NCBI RefSeq assembly: GCF_963506605.1
Contig: NC_083283.1
Coordinates: 36,642,001-36,706,000, forward strand
Source of the DNA: Zootoca vivipara
Taxonomy: Eukaryota
Reading direction: 5' to 3'
DNA length: 64,000 nt
This document shows, in pieces, positions 38,026-48,175 of the stretch; within the stretch, counting starts at the first letter, position 1, and every line of letters begins with the position of its first letter. The notes under the pieces were generated by a model. It did not search any database. It saw only the letters and a list, made by a program, of their open reading frames with translations, and was not told where the DNA came from. Made by a program: the position numbers and the translations under genes.

Positions 38026-38081
38026 GTATCTGAAGAAGTGTGCATGCACACGAAAGCTGGCATGCACACGAAAGCTCATAC
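38026..38081 (+). ncRNA. Minimal type-I hammerhead ribozyme motif (interrupted by an 18-nt duplication)
   Basis: GTAT-CTGAAGA-A-GTGTG CATG CACAC-GAAA-GCT...GAAA-GC-TC-ATAC: conserved core, stem II hairpin and GTAT/ATAC stem I. Confidence 0.7.
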
Positions 38082-38929
38082 CAAAATATAAACTTAGTTG
38101 GTCTTTAAGGTGCTACTGAAGGAATTTTTTTATTTTGCTTCGACTCAGACCAACACGGCTACCTACCTGTAACTAAAAATATGATTGACCTGCACAACCG
38201 CTAACAAACTGGAATAGCAAATTAGTTTGAAATACATAATAGAAATAAGAGGAAATTAGAGGATACAAACAAGGGGGAAATAAGAAATATTTATTTGCAA
38301 ACTTAAACTATTTTTAAATAAAAGTGTCTGCAATCATTTTTTAAAATCTATGCTTTAATAAACTTCCCCCATAAAACTACCAGAAGTTGCCATCATAATC
38401 TGCATTATAATGTCTTTGAATTATTAGAGTCAAATATATAAACTAATAAAAACTTCACCTAGAGATAAAGCAAATTTATTTTTCCATATTATCCCCACAG
38501 CATATACTGGTATCTTGTATGCTAAAAATCGGAAATGAAGGAAAGTTATCTTAAATTTTGGGGGTTAGCAGTCTGTAGCAAAATTACATAGGTCCTTTGG
38601 GTAAAAAAAGGAAGATATAAAGTAAACAATGTGAAAAAGAATGGTGATTCTTTCAGGATTTGGGGATGCCAGGTGAAATATATACCGGTATATACGGAGG
38701 TTATTCTTTTGTTGTAAGTTAAAAGAAAGGATAATGATTTATGTTTTTGTCTAAGTCAATGATTTTTGTGTTTAAGAATATATAGGATTCACAACTTTAG
38801 GACTGGGAAAAATTAATTTGATGATTTGAGATTTATAATTATGTTAAAAAGTCAAATTATACATGTTAACTTAAAAATACATTATTATAGGCAGTGTCAA
38901 AATTATAAATAAGTCTTACCTAAGTATAA

Positions 38930-39170
38930 GCTGAGGCTCCAATACTTTGGCCACCTCATGAGAAGAGAAGACTGCCTGGAAAAGACCCTGATGTTGGGAA
39001 AGATGGAGGGCACAAGGAGAAGGGGACGACAGAGGACGAGATGGTTGGACAGTGTTCTCGAAGCTACGAACATGAGTTTGACCAAACTGCGGGAGGCAGT
39101 GCAAGACAGGAGTGCCTGGCTTGCTCTGGTCCATGGGGTCACAAAGAGTCGGACACGACTAAACAACAGC
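38930..39170 (+). mobile_element. 5'-truncated RTE-BovB LINE
   Basis: LRLQYFGHLMRREDCLEKTLMLGKMEGTRRRGRQRTRWLDSV; TSD AAGTATAA (38922-38929, 39171-39178); sits in an AT-rich, L1-like remnant (about 38440-39290). Confidence 0.95.
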
Positions 39171-39821
39171 AAGTATAATTTTTGGAGTGAAGTTCAAATG
39201 TATTACAGCTTGGATATATTAATATTGGTAATTCTGATGTGATTCTTCTTGCATGTCTTTGTTTCCTGTATTTATTTTATTTCCACTTCCCCCAAAAGAA
39301 CAGGGTTGTTGTTGTTTTTTACATTTCAGAAGCTTCTACTTATTATAGTATTATTTCCTAAACAAATAAGAAATAACTTCTCTGCTATGCTGACAGCCTG
39401 AAGGATGTTCAGATTATCCTCATATATTTGAAGAAGCATTGAAGGAGCTAAACTAGCCCCACTACCCACCAATGTGCCTGGGACCTACATACATGTAAAA
39501 GGGTGTTGCCTGAAAAGGCTCCTGCCTGCAGGACCACCAGATTAGCCCTGCCATCATGTTTGCACTGCATCAACTTCAATGCTCCCTTGCCCCTCCTCTT
39601 CTCCAGCAGTGACTCAGCCAGAAGGAGGTTGTCAGGCTCCATCATGCCATCTGTGACTGCTTTGTGCACATGCCAACATACCTATGTAGAGCTCCTGCAT
39701 GTGACTGGCATCCCATCCTTGTATGAAGGATGTCTAAGAATGAATATTAGTATCTGCATATAGACTCTTGTCATGCACATTGAATGAGCAGGAAATGAAA
39801 ACAAAGCACAATGTTAATGCA

Positions 39822-40108
39822 TTTTTTGAAAAATTGTATTAAGTTTCAACATTTTAAACATATACAGTCAGAACACAATTTCGCCTTTTGACTTATTTTT
39901 GTCGACTTCCCACCTCTTTTTCCATGGAGTTGTTTCTCACCTTTTGCTGCGCCCTACCTTCTATCTATCGAATCATAACCACAATATTATAATCTAATTA
40001 CTTCTGTTGCTCATAGCTCATATCCTGCTCACAAGTTCGTCATACAATAATATTTCTTTAAATAGTCCAAAAAAGGCACCCATTCTTCCATAAAACTCCC
40101 ATCATTAG
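39822..40108 (-). mobile_element. L1-like 3' end
   Basis: A-rich tail on the minus strand; minus-strand FMEEWVPFLDY-like ORF2 terminus; 21-bp TSD with 2 mismatches ACAAAG(C/T)ACAATGTTA(A/G)TGCA (39801-39821, 40109-40129). Confidence 0.75.
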
Positions 40109-40308
40109 ACAAAGTACAATGTTAGTGCAAAGGCACATATTTTTATAATTACATTAACTGGCCAGTGTTTTGGAAAGTGGGGGAAGCTGTTGTGTAGACC
40201 ACTGTATGCATGTGTTGCCTTGGAATATTTTCTTCATTAAAAAGGGATATTCAGGGAAAGGGTTTGGAATGAATTTAAAGGGGCTAAACTCCCCCACAAT
40301 ACTACAAT

Positions 40309-40309
40309 G

Positions 40310-40358
<49 letters not shown>
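40309..40358. repeat. (GTT)n microsatellite
   Basis: About 16 GTT units. Confidence 0.97.
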
Positions 40359-40359
<1 letters not shown>

Positions 40360-42935
40360 GGCATTTCTACACCACACAATCAGTTGTCAGCTCACAGTAA
40401 ATGTAATTACAGGCAAAAGTATTTGAAAACAGTCCATATGTCATAGGGGAAGCAATCTATAAAAGCAACCTGTAAAGGACAATCTTATTGGGGTAAAGGA
40501 CTGTCAAGGTAGAATGTTTGTTTTCCTTCTCAACTATCCCCTTCTTCCTCAGTAAGGTTGCTCTGACACTTTGAGAATCCTGATAATTTAACATTGGCTA
40601 TATATAAAGTACCATAAAACAGAGAGTTCCTTTTCTGCCAGCCCAGGCTTCTAATTTTCTCCCCAGTACCTCTATTAACTTCAGTTTTACAGCTCATATT
40701 TTTTCCTTCAGAGGGAACATTTCTGACAGCAAAGGATAGGGAAGCACATATACATCAAAAGTCTCAAACTGTCAGGTATTTAATGGGGAATTCTGTGGGC
40801 ACATAAAGAGAAAGCACTCAAGGCAGGGGCTTCAAATAAGTGCCAATAAGGCAACTGGGGGGAAATAACATTGATTTGATGAGGACTGCATCAGATCGTT
40901 AACACCGCAAAGAGGGAAATCTTTCTGCCACTCATACATTGCCAACATAGGAAGTGGCGTGGCTGAAAAAAGCCACAAAGGAGCTATTTAAAAATAAATA
41001 AATAGAAAGTTTAACGTGCCCAAAGTAGCACAAGACACTTATAAAACTCAGCTCTTTCATGAGAGTGATGTGGTCTTTCCACCTGTTTATGCCACGCGGA
41101 TGTAGCAGACTTCAGAACAAAAAAAAAATACAGGCGTTTCAGACATGACCTTTAAGAGGCAGCACAGTTTCTGCTAAGTAACACTTGCAACATCCCCTCC
41201 AACATTCCTTAGATGAAAATGGGGACATTTCTCACTCCCCTCCAACTGACCCTCCTCAGCCCTCCATTCCTTTGCCCTCTGCAGAGCATTTCCAAGCAGA
41301 AGAAGGGCGTGTGCAGCCACCACTACACCAATGGGACACAGCTCATATGCCCTCCACTGCCCTAATCCTGATTGTATTTTATTTTTCTTTGGTAGATTTA
41401 CCAAAAGAAAAGCACACACCAATAAATAATTTTTTGAAAAGGGCAAGATTGGATCACAGATGCACAAAGCTTTTTTTTATTTATTAAATCAAGACTCCAT
41501 GCACTCCATTCTGCTCCGCTTTGTTTCCAATCCAGGGTGGCCCTGCCCTCAGCCTGCTCCTCAGAGCCAGCACGTCACACAGGGCTGGGCCTCAGCTATG
41601 GCAGCCTATCATCCTTCTCACTCATTCTCCTGCAACTGCTAAGAGCTGCCCAAAGAAGGAGGCCGGCGGTGGCGGCCAGGGAGAGGTAACAGGGTGCTCC
41701 CTCACTGCTGCTGATCAGGACAAATGCCAGCTCAACTTCCATGCCCAGCTTGGCAGTGGCACTGGTGGGGGAAGTAGGGATATTCTGACATCAAATTCGA
41801 AGCCGGTATTCTGTGACTGTCACTGGAAAATTGGGGCACTTGGAGGGTATGCTACAATTCTTCTAACCAAAGCCAATTACATCACTTTCCCAAAGGAACA
41901 TTTGGGTACTACTCTCCAGATTTCTACAGACATGTTCTACCTTTGGCTCTGTCACCTGAAAGCTTTATAATTGTTTTTAAAATGTAGTTATTGTCAGGGC
42001 TGGTGTGCGGCTTCCCACGACCAAGGACCAGCAAGGCTCGACAATGGGTTTTCAAGCTTTATTGCTATATACATATGTACAGTTCAGAGTTCCGGAAGAC
42101 ATGACCGCCTATTCCGAGTCAGAATTCGGAACTGGCGCATGTCTCGATCTACGCCAGCAGAACAACCACGGCCCGCCTCGTTTCCTCCTTTGCTCCTGAC
42201 ACTTTTCCTGTCTACGGACCTAAGGGGAGGGAGTGGGACCAGACCCCTCCCCTGAACTGCTCAACAGCCTCCTCGTTGCCCCAAGCTCTGAAACCTCCCC
42301 TCCTGCAGTACCTTCGGACACCTCCTTTCCTGCGCATGCGTCGGTAGCATCCTTAAGCCCCTCCGCCTCGCTTGGAGCCCTTGCACCACTTTCCGGTTCG
42401 CTCTCCTGTCAGTCCTCGCATGGGCGTAGGCAGGGGGGCAGGAGGGGGCAGCTGCCCCCCCTAGAAGCAAAAAAATTAATGTATTTTACAGACCATAACC
42501 AGCACTTTTCCCCTCCAAAAACTGAAGTGGAAAGGGCTTTGCTTTAGCAAGAGCAGCTAAGTCTCCGCTTGCTGGGGGGGGGGGGACACACAGCAGTAAC
42601 AAAAACACATCAAATAAATAAAGCAAAGTGGCTACCAGTAGTTAAGCAGTTAAGACAATGGAGCATATATCCCCAGGCAAGATTCGATAGCTGACCATTT
42701 CACCCTATTGTTCTTAAGTGGGAGCTGTTAATGAGCATTCAGGAGCATTAAGAGTTCTATTGGCGATTTAATGAGGGTGCAGACTCAGAGGATTCAATTT
42801 GACTAAGGTGGCTCTGCAAGGCTAAAAAGAAGTGAATAAGAAAGGGGGGGCTGTAGTTTTGACAGACACAGTGATGTTTATAAAAAGCATTGGTGTTCCA
42901 GTCTGCCCCTCCTCCTGCATCTGTATACTGTAAAT

Positions 42936-43271
42936 CAGGGGTGGCCACCTCCCAAGAGACTCTGATCTACTCAGAGTTTAAAACTGGGGGTGATCTACCC
43001 CCTTTTGGGGGGTTCAGGTCAAAGCTGTTGAGTTTTTTTTAAAGGAAGGGAAGCCCTGTTTTTTGGGGTTTAGGTCAAACTTGTTGAGCTTCTTTTAGGA
43101 GGGAGGGAGGTCCATTTTTGTTTAGGGCTTCAGGTCATAGTTCAACTTTTTTGAGGGAGGAGGAAAATTTTGGGTGAGCTTTTTTTAGGGGTGCCAGTGA
43201 CCTACCAGTGATCTACCACAGACATCCAGTGATCTACTGGTAGATCACAATCTACCTGTTGGACGTGCCTG
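42936..43271. mobile_element. 336-bp hAT MITE nested in the composite element
   Basis: Perfect TSD CTGTAAAT (42928-42935, 43272-43279); near-identical inverted copy at 58154-58491. Confidence 0.93.
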
Positions 43272-43393
43272 CTGTAAATCAAGCAGAGAGAAAGCTGCTT
43301 ACAAGGCTCCTGTACATGCAGAGTTCCAGCATCCCAGCGTCACCCAGAGGCACCCACAAATATGAGTTATCCCTCTCTCTATTTCTCTCTCTA

Positions 43394-44490
43394 TTGAACC
43401 ATGGTTGAAATATTATGCTGATATGCAGCAACGCCTCGGAGCCGTCGTGGCTGCGGCCATGCCTTGCCCCGCCCTCGCCCGCCCTTCCACCCCCTCTCGC
43501 CTGCCCGACCCTCCTGTCCTCTTGCTGCAGCGTTCCAGCATCACAGCGTCATCCAGAGACACCCACAAATATGAGTTATCTCTCTCTCTATTTCTTCCTT
43601 CCTTCCCTCCCTCTTCCATCCTTAATAAAATACGGGGGGGGGCAGATAAGCCCCACATAGAAAGCCCATCAACATGGGGGGATGACTCTTTCAAATACGG
43701 TATTTACCAGTAATTGGGGGGGGGGCACCTAGGCCTCTAGGAGTTGGATGCTATGCCTAGGAGTAGGACAATTCAAGAAAGCAGAATGATGCATATGCTA
43801 TGGTAATATATCAATAGAATCATAGAATTGTAGTCGGAAGGGACCACAAGGGTCATCTAGTCCAACCCCCTGCAATGCAGGATTTTTTCCTAAGGTGGGG
43901 CTTGAACCATGGTTGAAATATGCTGATATGCAGCAACGCCTCGGAGCCGTCGTGGCTGCGGCCATGCCTTGCCCCACCCTCGCCCGCCCTTCCACCCCCT
44001 CTCGCCTGCCCGACCCTCCTGTCCTCTTGCTGCAGAGTTATCCCTCTCTCTATTTCTTCCTTCCTTCCCTCCCTCTTCCATCCTTAATAAAATACGGGGG
44101 GGGCAGATAAGCCCCACATAGAAAGCCCATCAACATGGGGGGATGACTCTTTCAAATACGGTATTTACCAGTAATTGGGGGGGGCACCTAGGCCTCTAGG
44201 AGCTGGATGCTATGCCTAGGAGTAGGACAATTCAAGAAAGCAGAATGATGCATATGCTATGGTAATATATCAATAGAATCATAGAATTGTAGTCGGAAGG
44301 GACCACAAGGGTCATCTAGTCCAACCCCCTGCAATGCAGGATTTTTTCCTAAGGTGGGGCTTGAACCATGGTTGAAATATGCTGATATGCAGCAACGCCT
44401 CGGAGCCGTCGTGGCTGCGGCCATGTCTTGCCTCGCCCTCGCCCGCCCTGCCACCCCCTCTCGCCTGCCCGACCCTCCCGTCCTCTCCAG
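43394..44490. repeat. Tandem array, about 2.2 copies of a 459-508 bp unit containing a CR1 tail fragment
   Basis: TTGAACCATGGTTGAAATAT recurs at 43394, 43902 and 44361; each full unit holds ATAGAATCATAGAATTGTAGTCGGAAGGGACCACAAGGGTCATCTAGTCCAACCCC (reverse CR1 3' end). Confidence 0.92.
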
Positions 44491-45264
44491 CCAAGCAGGG
44501 TAGGGGCCAACGCTACCAGCCCCAGAAGCACAAGGTGGCCGCTGCTGCCACCGCCACGATGTCATCAAGCCCGTTGGCCCTTTAGCCCCGCCCACTTTGT
44601 GGCCCCTCCCCTTCTGTGCCTTGGCCCCGCCCCTGAACGACCATGGCTTGCCCCCCCCCCCTAGTTTTGATCCTGGCTACGCCCCTGAGTCCTCCTCTTG
44701 CTCTGCCCCTTCCTCAGGTTCCTGTCCCTGTGCGAACTCCCTCCCCTCCCAGGGTCCCCTGACATCCCTCCCTCCCCATTTGTGTGTGCATGAGGGGGGG
44801 GGCTCTCAAAAGGAATCCCAAGGATTGTGGTTTTATAAAGACTCATTCCAGTTACTTTCTTAAGGTTTGCCTGTGAAACCTGGTAAATGGCATGTTGTTC
44901 TACCCTTTGGCTGGCTTTCAGCAAGTCATTATCTTTCAGCTCCAGTTCCCCACCTGTAACATCAATATTACAACCAGCCGACATCAAAAGGTTGTCACAA
45001 GGATGGATGAGATAAGGCAACATGTTTTGCTCTTGGCCAGAAGGATAAAATGAACTATAAGGCCACAGTAAGTAAATAATCATTTTAGAATTTCCACTGT
45101 TTTCAGAACCTTGTGGCATTTGCTTCCCTCGTTCTGTCCCTTCAGCAGCCTGTACATTTTTAGCTCGACTTTGCAATAGCCAACCCAATGTGACCCACAG
45201 CAAATAGTGTTAGTTTGAGGTTTGGGGAGACTCTTAGGTCCTCAGTTGAGTTGCTCTGTGAGGT

Positions 45265-45590
45265 GGCCCAGGGGTAAAGCATCTGCCGTGCATGCAGAAC
45301 ATCCCTAGGTTCAGGGCCGTCTCAAGCACGCAAGGCGCCCTGGCGCCGTGGTACGGAGATCGCTCCAGCGCCCCCACCTCGCTCCGTTACTTGCTGCGGC
45401 TGGTGGGCAGGCGCAGCACGCAGCATGGTTTTCGTGCGGCTCTGCCGCGTGACGCCCCCCTATCGGGCCGGCGCCCCGCGCCACCCAGACTACCCATAGA
45501 GCCGGCCCTGCCTAGGTTCAATCTCTGGTGTCTCCAGGTAGGGCTGGAAAAAGCTCCTGCCTGAAACCTCAGACAGTCACTGCCTCAGTG
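45265..45590 (+). mobile_element. tRNA-derived SINE (Squam3-like) interrupted by a MITE
   Basis: GGTAAAGCATCTGCCGTGCATGCAGAACATCCCTAGGTT|CAATCTCTGGTGTCTCCAGGTAGGGCTGG...CCTGCCTGAAACC rejoins after removing 45312-45518. Confidence 0.75.
45312..45510. mobile_element. 199-bp CpG-rich hAT-like MITE
   Basis: TIR CAGGGCCG(T/G)CTC; perfect TSD CCTAGGTT (45304-45311, 45511-45518). Confidence 0.92.
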
Positions 45591-45960
45591 GTGCTAGTAG
45601 GAGAGGACTTGGGTGAGGTCGAGGTCTAGAACCCTGCTCACCAGGAGGACCTCCAAATGCAAAAAGGCTTACACATTTTAAAACACGGATTGGTAACCAA
45701 GGCCCAAATGCGGCTCTCTGGGATTCTCTGCCTGGCCCTGGGGACCCTCCCCAGACCACAAAACCTGCCAAGCAACACTCTCACTAGCCCTACTCTTTAC
45801 CCTCATTGAGTTCATTTGCCTGTCTGAAATCTGCCCCTGAACTCTGATGATGTCTTTTGATTGCATTGGATGGAGGATAGAGAGTAAGGAAACCTGCTGC
45901 CATGTTTTGGGATGGGAGCCTGACATCTGGTACCACCTAGCACTGGAATATGGTATAATA

Positions 45961-46096
45961 CAGGCATCCTCAAACTTCGGCCCTCCAGATGTTTTGGACT
46001 ACAATTCCCATCATCCCTGACCACTGGTCCTGTTAGCTAGGGATCATGGGAGTTGTAGGCCAAAACATCTGGAGGGCCACAGTTTGGGGGTGCCTG
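45961..46096. mobile_element. 136-bp family hAT MITE
   Basis: Perfect TSD GTATAATA (45953-45960, 46097-46104). Confidence 0.95.
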
Positions 46097-46104
46097 GTAT
46101 AATA

Positions 46105-46380
46105 AGTATATTAAAAACACAATAAAACCTCAAACATTAAAAACTTCCCTAAACAGGGCTGCCTTCAGATGTCTTTTAAAAGTCAGATAGTTGTTCATTT
46201 CCTTGACATCTGATGGGAGGGTGCCACTACTGAGAAGGCCCTCTGCCTGGTTCCCTGTAACCTCATTTCTCACAGTGAGGGAACCGCCAGAAAGCCCTCG
46301 GCGCTGGACCTCAGTGTCCGGGCTGAACGATGGGGGTGGAGATGCTCCTTCAGGTATACTGGGTCAAGGCTATTTATATA
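46105..46380 (-). mobile_element. L2 LINE fragment
   Basis: Reverse complement matches the L2 end at 19076-19220 (CCCTCCCATCAGATGTCAAGG...CATCTGAAGGCAGCCC). Confidence 0.8.
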
Positions 46381-46884
46381 AGGTTCCCCACCCCTGTTTT
46401 GAAGAGCCCACTCCCATAATAAGACCGTTTAAAATTGCCCAGCACCATTGCTGCTCCTGTTGGGGCCTCAGCAAATGTCCAGTGATGCCAGTTCCTAACC
46501 AGGCACTTGAGGGCAAATATATCACTATGTAGTATGACCACTGCATCTTCTTTTTAATGAAACAGAAACAAATATTTTTGTGCAACACTGGGTCTGAAAG
46601 AAAAATTAGCTCATTATAACACATCAAAAGGAAAGGCAGAAGCTCTTAATCTTTGGCTTGGCATGCCTGACAAATAGTCAGAGCCCATGATGCTATTTGC
46701 ATGGTTATAACGTTCTGTAGTGTTGTCCACAATATTTTGAGCTATTCTACTAAAATGAGGTTTCAGGTGGCTGGCATGGAACCACCAAATCCTCTCAAAA
46801 TTAGGTAGCAACTCCAGAAGGTTCCTTCTATTTAATTGTGCAGAGCATGCTGAATGATTTACAGTGCCCTATAGTCTTGGTATA

Positions 46885-47798
46885 GGGACCCAGGTGGCGC
46901 TGTGGGCTAAACCACTGAGCCTAGGGCTTGCTGATCAGAAGGTCGGCGGTTCGAATCCCTGTGACAGGGTGAGCTCCCGTTGCTTGGTCCCAGCTCCTGC
47001 CAACCTAGCAGTTCGAAAGCACATCAAAATGCAAGTAGATAAATAGGAACCGCTATAGCGGGAAGGTAAACAGTGTTTCCATGTGCTGCTCTGGTTTGCC
47101 AGAAGCGGCTTTGTGTCAGGAGTATGGGCAGGAGTCAGGCTCTGGGGCCTGTAGTGCTTTGCAGGACTGGAGCCTGCCTCAGCTTGTGCTGGAGAAGCAA
47201 GGAGTGGCCACTCAGGTGCGGCCACTTGATACCCCACTGCACCTGGTGGCAGGAGCTGGGAGGGATAAAAGCTCAGCATTTCCCTTCAGCTCTTTGCCAC
47301 AGCAACGCTATCCCTGCCTGCTTGCTTCTGGCCTCTTGCTCCTTGCTCCTTGGACCTTGCCGACGCCTTGCCCCTTGGACCCTTGCCTTGCCGACGTCTT
47401 GCTCCTTGGACCCTTGCCATGCCGATGTCTTGCTCCTCGACCCTTGGACCTTCGCCTTGCCGACGCCTTGCTCCTCGACCCTTGGATCTTCGCCTTGCCG
47501 ACGCCTTGCCCCTTGACTCTCAGACCTTCGCCTCTGCCTTGCTCCTTGACCCTGCGACTGCCTGCTTCTGGACCCTCAGCACCTGTTCCTGCTTCTTCAC
47601 CACCATCTTGCCTCTGGTCCTGACGCCCTCAGCCAGGGCTTCAACTGCCCACCGACCGGACCATGACACTTCGTCATGCTGGCCACATGACCTGGAAGCT
47701 ATACGCCAGCTCCCTCGGCGAATAATGCGAGATGAGCGTGCAACCCCAGAGTCGGTCACGACTGGACCTAATGGTCAGGGGTACCTTTACCTTTACCT
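46885..47798 (+). mobile_element. Sauria SINE with nested solo LTR
   Basis: tRNA-like head (GGTGGCGCTGTGGGC...GGTTCGAATCCC), conserved body, (ACCTTT)n tail; the body is interrupted at 47114-47668. Confidence 0.93.
47114..47668 (+). mobile_element. Solo LTR, 555 bp, with internal minisatellite
   Basis: TGTCA...TGACA ends; 5-bp TSD CTTTG/CTTCG; GATAAAA TATA-like motif near 47264; tandem CCTTGCCGACGCCTTGC(C/T)CCT(T/C)G repeats at about 47340-47550. Confidence 0.8.
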
Positions 47799-47814
47799 TA
47801 TAGTCTTGGTAGAT

Positions 47815-48175
47815 GGGACGTGGGTAGCACTGTGGTCTAAACCACTGAGCTTAGGGCTTGCCAATCAGAAGGTCGGCGGTTCAAATCCCCACAACGGGGT
47901 GAGCTCCCGTGGCTCGGTCCCAGCTCCTGCCAACCTAGCAGTTCAAAAGTGTGTCAAAGTGCAAGTAGATAAATAGGTACCATTCCGGTGGGAAGGTAAA
48001 TGGTGTTTCCGTGTGCTTCTCTGGTTCGCCAGAAGCAGCTTAATCATGCTGGCCACATGACCTGGAAGCTGTCTGCGGACAAACGCTGGCTCCCTTGGCC
48101 TATAGAACGAGATGAGCGCCGCAACCCCAGAGTCTTCCACGACTGGACCTAACGGTCAGGGGTACCTTTACTTTA
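47815..48175 (+). mobile_element. Sauria SINE, full length
   Basis: Same structure as the preceding copy, uninterrupted; flanked by TAT(A/T)GTCTTGGTA repeats. Confidence 0.95.

Larger units (their letters stand above)
37944..38171. mobile_element. Penelope-like element terminal repeat in inverted (fold-back) arrangement
   Basis: Near-perfect inverted arms (about 37943-38025 and 38028-38128) plus a 3' extension; 13-bp flanking direct repeat ACTAAAAATATGA (37931-37943, 38172-38184). Confidence 0.85.
42419..44687. mobile_element. Composite non-autonomous hAT-like element, 2269 bp
   Basis: TIRs CATGGGCGTAGGCAGG versus CAGGGGCGTAGCCAGG (14/16); TSD AGTCCTCG / AGTCCTCC (7/8). Confidence 0.75.
41992..44764 (-). 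mobile_element. LTR (probable Gypsy-type) split by a 2.3-kb DNA transposon; LTR parts 41992-42418 and 44688-44764
   Basis: TGTCAGGG...CCCTGACA terminal inverted ends; minus-strand AATAAA near 42058-42063; purine tract GGGGAGGGAGGGA immediately 5' on the minus strand (44765-44777), resembling a PPT. Confidence 0.7.

Noticed and set aside
43394-44490. Repeat array as a CRISPR-like structure
   Set aside because: Eukaryotic context; units are whole tandem duplicates with no unique spacers or cas genes.
44661-45203. 180-aa minus-strand ORF containing an ankyrin-like LMSAGCNID word
   Set aside because: Non-ATG start, runs into LTR and transposon sequence, no repeat periodicity or clear splice context; probably chance.
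46885-46965. tRNA-like A/B boxes
   Set aside because: These are SINE heads, not tRNA genes; no acceptor stem or cloverleaf.
47073-47976. Overlapping 147-208 aa ORFs
   Set aside because: They arise from the stop-poor minisatellite in the solo LTR and from SINE sequence.
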